The notes under the pieces: model-generated | What the model was told of the DNA's origin: nothing | Database searches by the model: none | Seen by the model: the letters and a program-made list of their open reading frames with translations, nothing else | Shown here: in pieces, positions 63,064 to 64,000 of the stretch | How the letters are laid out: the number at the start of each line of letters is the position of its first letter | How positions within the stretch are numbered: position 1 is the stretch's first letter | NCBI GenBank assembly: GCA_016715645.1 | Contig: JADJZR010000007.1 | Location: 116,221-180,220, forward strand | Length of the DNA stretch: 64,000 bases | Origin: Elusimicrobiota bacterium | Lineage (GTDB): Bacteria > Elusimicrobiota > Elusimicrobia > FEN-1173 | Reading direction: 5' to 3' | Made by a program: the position numbers and the translations under genes

Positions 63064-64000
63064 TCAAGCGACTTGGACCGCCTCCGCGAAACTTGAGTTT
63101 ACAACTTTTCTTACAACCATTAGCTCGTTCCCCGAATTTTTGCTCCCCAAATCCACCGATGACGTGATGATCCCGTCAATGTGCCGAATCTCATCAGAAA
63201 GGACCCGCTTGTCCAGGTGGCCGTAATGCGACTCCGTGGTGGTCACGGTCGAGTGACCAAGCATTTTGGACACTTTATAAATCGGCACTCCGTTGCTGAG
63301 CATGTGGGCGGTGAAACTGTGACGGAGGCAATGGAAAGTAAAATTCGGCACCCGGGCCTCCTGGCAGGCCTCCTTGAACCATCGGGATACCATTTGGCTC
63401 TGCACTTGGTCTAATACGCGCCGTTCGGGCTCGTCCTGGTGGTCCCGGGCGCGTTCCATGAGCAACTTTCGGGCCATCTCAGAGAGTGGCACGTATCGAC
63501 TTCGTTTGGTTTTGGAGTGAGCAACGAATACCATCGGTTCTGGGTAGAAAATAACGTCTTTCATCCGAATGGCACAAATTTCCGACACCCGCATTCCCGT
63601 GTTGAGCCCAATCACATAAAACGGCCAAAGCCGCTCGCTCTTCGCCACGATGGGCGTCAAGCGCTTCTCCTCTTCTGGTAAAAGAAACCTGACCCGCGCC
63701 TTCTCAACCGTCGCCATTTCGACGCCCCAAGCGGGGTTCTCACCAAAGTAGAGGCGCTTTTTCTTCATCCAGTTGATGATGGCCTTCAAGCAGGCGTGAT
63801 AACGATTTACGGTATGAGGCGACACCTGTGGTCTCGATAGGCCTTTGGCGTTCTTGAAGACCCACCGACGGAAGCTCTCCACGTCTCGCGGCGTTATGTC
63901 CCTAATGCGACGGTTGCCAAAATATTTTTTAATCGCTGCAATGTGCGCCCTATCCCCCTTGGCGTGTGATTTTAATGGGAGGGTGTATTCCTCGAAGTAG
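63064..64000 (-). CDS. Tyrosine recombinase / phage-type integrase, 5' end beyond the window
   Basis: ARVRFLLPEEEKRL, GLNTGMRVSEICAI, HCLRHSFTAHMLSNGVPIYKVSKMLGHSTVTTTESHYGHL (R..HxxR..Y catalytic pattern). The frame stays open upstream of the GTG at 63882 to nt 64000 (..AHIAAIKKYFGNRRIRDITPRDVESF..). Confidence 0.85.
   Translation of the reverse strand, partial: YFEEYTLPLKSHAKGDRAHIAAIKKYFGNRRIRDITPRDVESFRRWVFKNAKGLSRPQVSPHTVNRYHACLKAIINWMKKKRLYFGENPAWGVEMATVEKARVRFLLPEEEKRLTPIVAKSERLWPFYVIGLNTGMRVSEICAIRMKDVIFYPEPMVFVAHSKTKRSRYVPLSEMARKLLMERARDHQDEPERRVLDQVQSQMVSRWFKEACQEARVPNFTFHCLRHSFTAHMLSNGVPIYKVSKMLGHSTVTTTESHYGHLDKRVLSDEIRHIDGIITSSVDLGSKNSGNELMVVRKVVNSSFAEAVQVA

Noticed and set aside
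62861-63067. 68-aa ORF overlapping the tRNA-like element
   Set aside because: It covers the tRNA-like structure and the AT-rich spacer, has no ribosome-binding site or motif, and is most likely non-coding.

Overview
This 64-kb window comes from a diderm bacterium and is transcribed almost entirely on the minus strand; only one toxin-antitoxin pair is on the plus strand.

The right half (about 32.7-60.4 kb) is ordinary GC-rich core genome. It holds folB, a tesA-like esterase with a ybbP-like permease, outer-membrane proteins, mscL, a GH57 branching enzyme with its DUF4912 partner, plsC, cmk, an aromatic amino-acid block (aroA, tyrA, DAHP synthase, hisC, pheA), pilT, a partial dcw cluster (ftsZ, ftsA, ftsQ, ddl, murB, murC), rlmI-like, queE, queC and murI. 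Next come an 802-aa beta-propeller repeat protein with a T9SS-type tail, a tRNA-Ser-like element and a tyrosine integrase that is cut by the window end.

The left 23 kb is visibly AT-richer and unusual. A beta-mannoside uptake and phosphorolysis cluster (sugar ABC transporter, GH130, CBM32-GH, CBM-like proteins, an outer-membrane barrel) is bracketed by two paralogous two-gene modules. Each module has a secreted Tiki/ChaN-like protein followed by a large membrane-anchored nucleotide or nucleotide-sugar enzyme. One of these enzymes is a single 2666-aa ORF that fuses type I phosphomannose isomerase, phosphomannomutase and mannose-1-P guanylyltransferase with two unknown domains. The other is a HIT-domain membrane protein that is missing from the supplied ORF track.

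Between the two halves lies an accessory stretch (23.5-32.7 kb). It contains two abutting, diverged copies of an rve-type IS, an AbiEii-type TA pair, and a tightly coupled wHTH-GHKL / STAS-like / Upf1-like helicase operon, which I regard as a candidate conflict system.

All functional calls rest on motifs I read in the translations. No database search was run.
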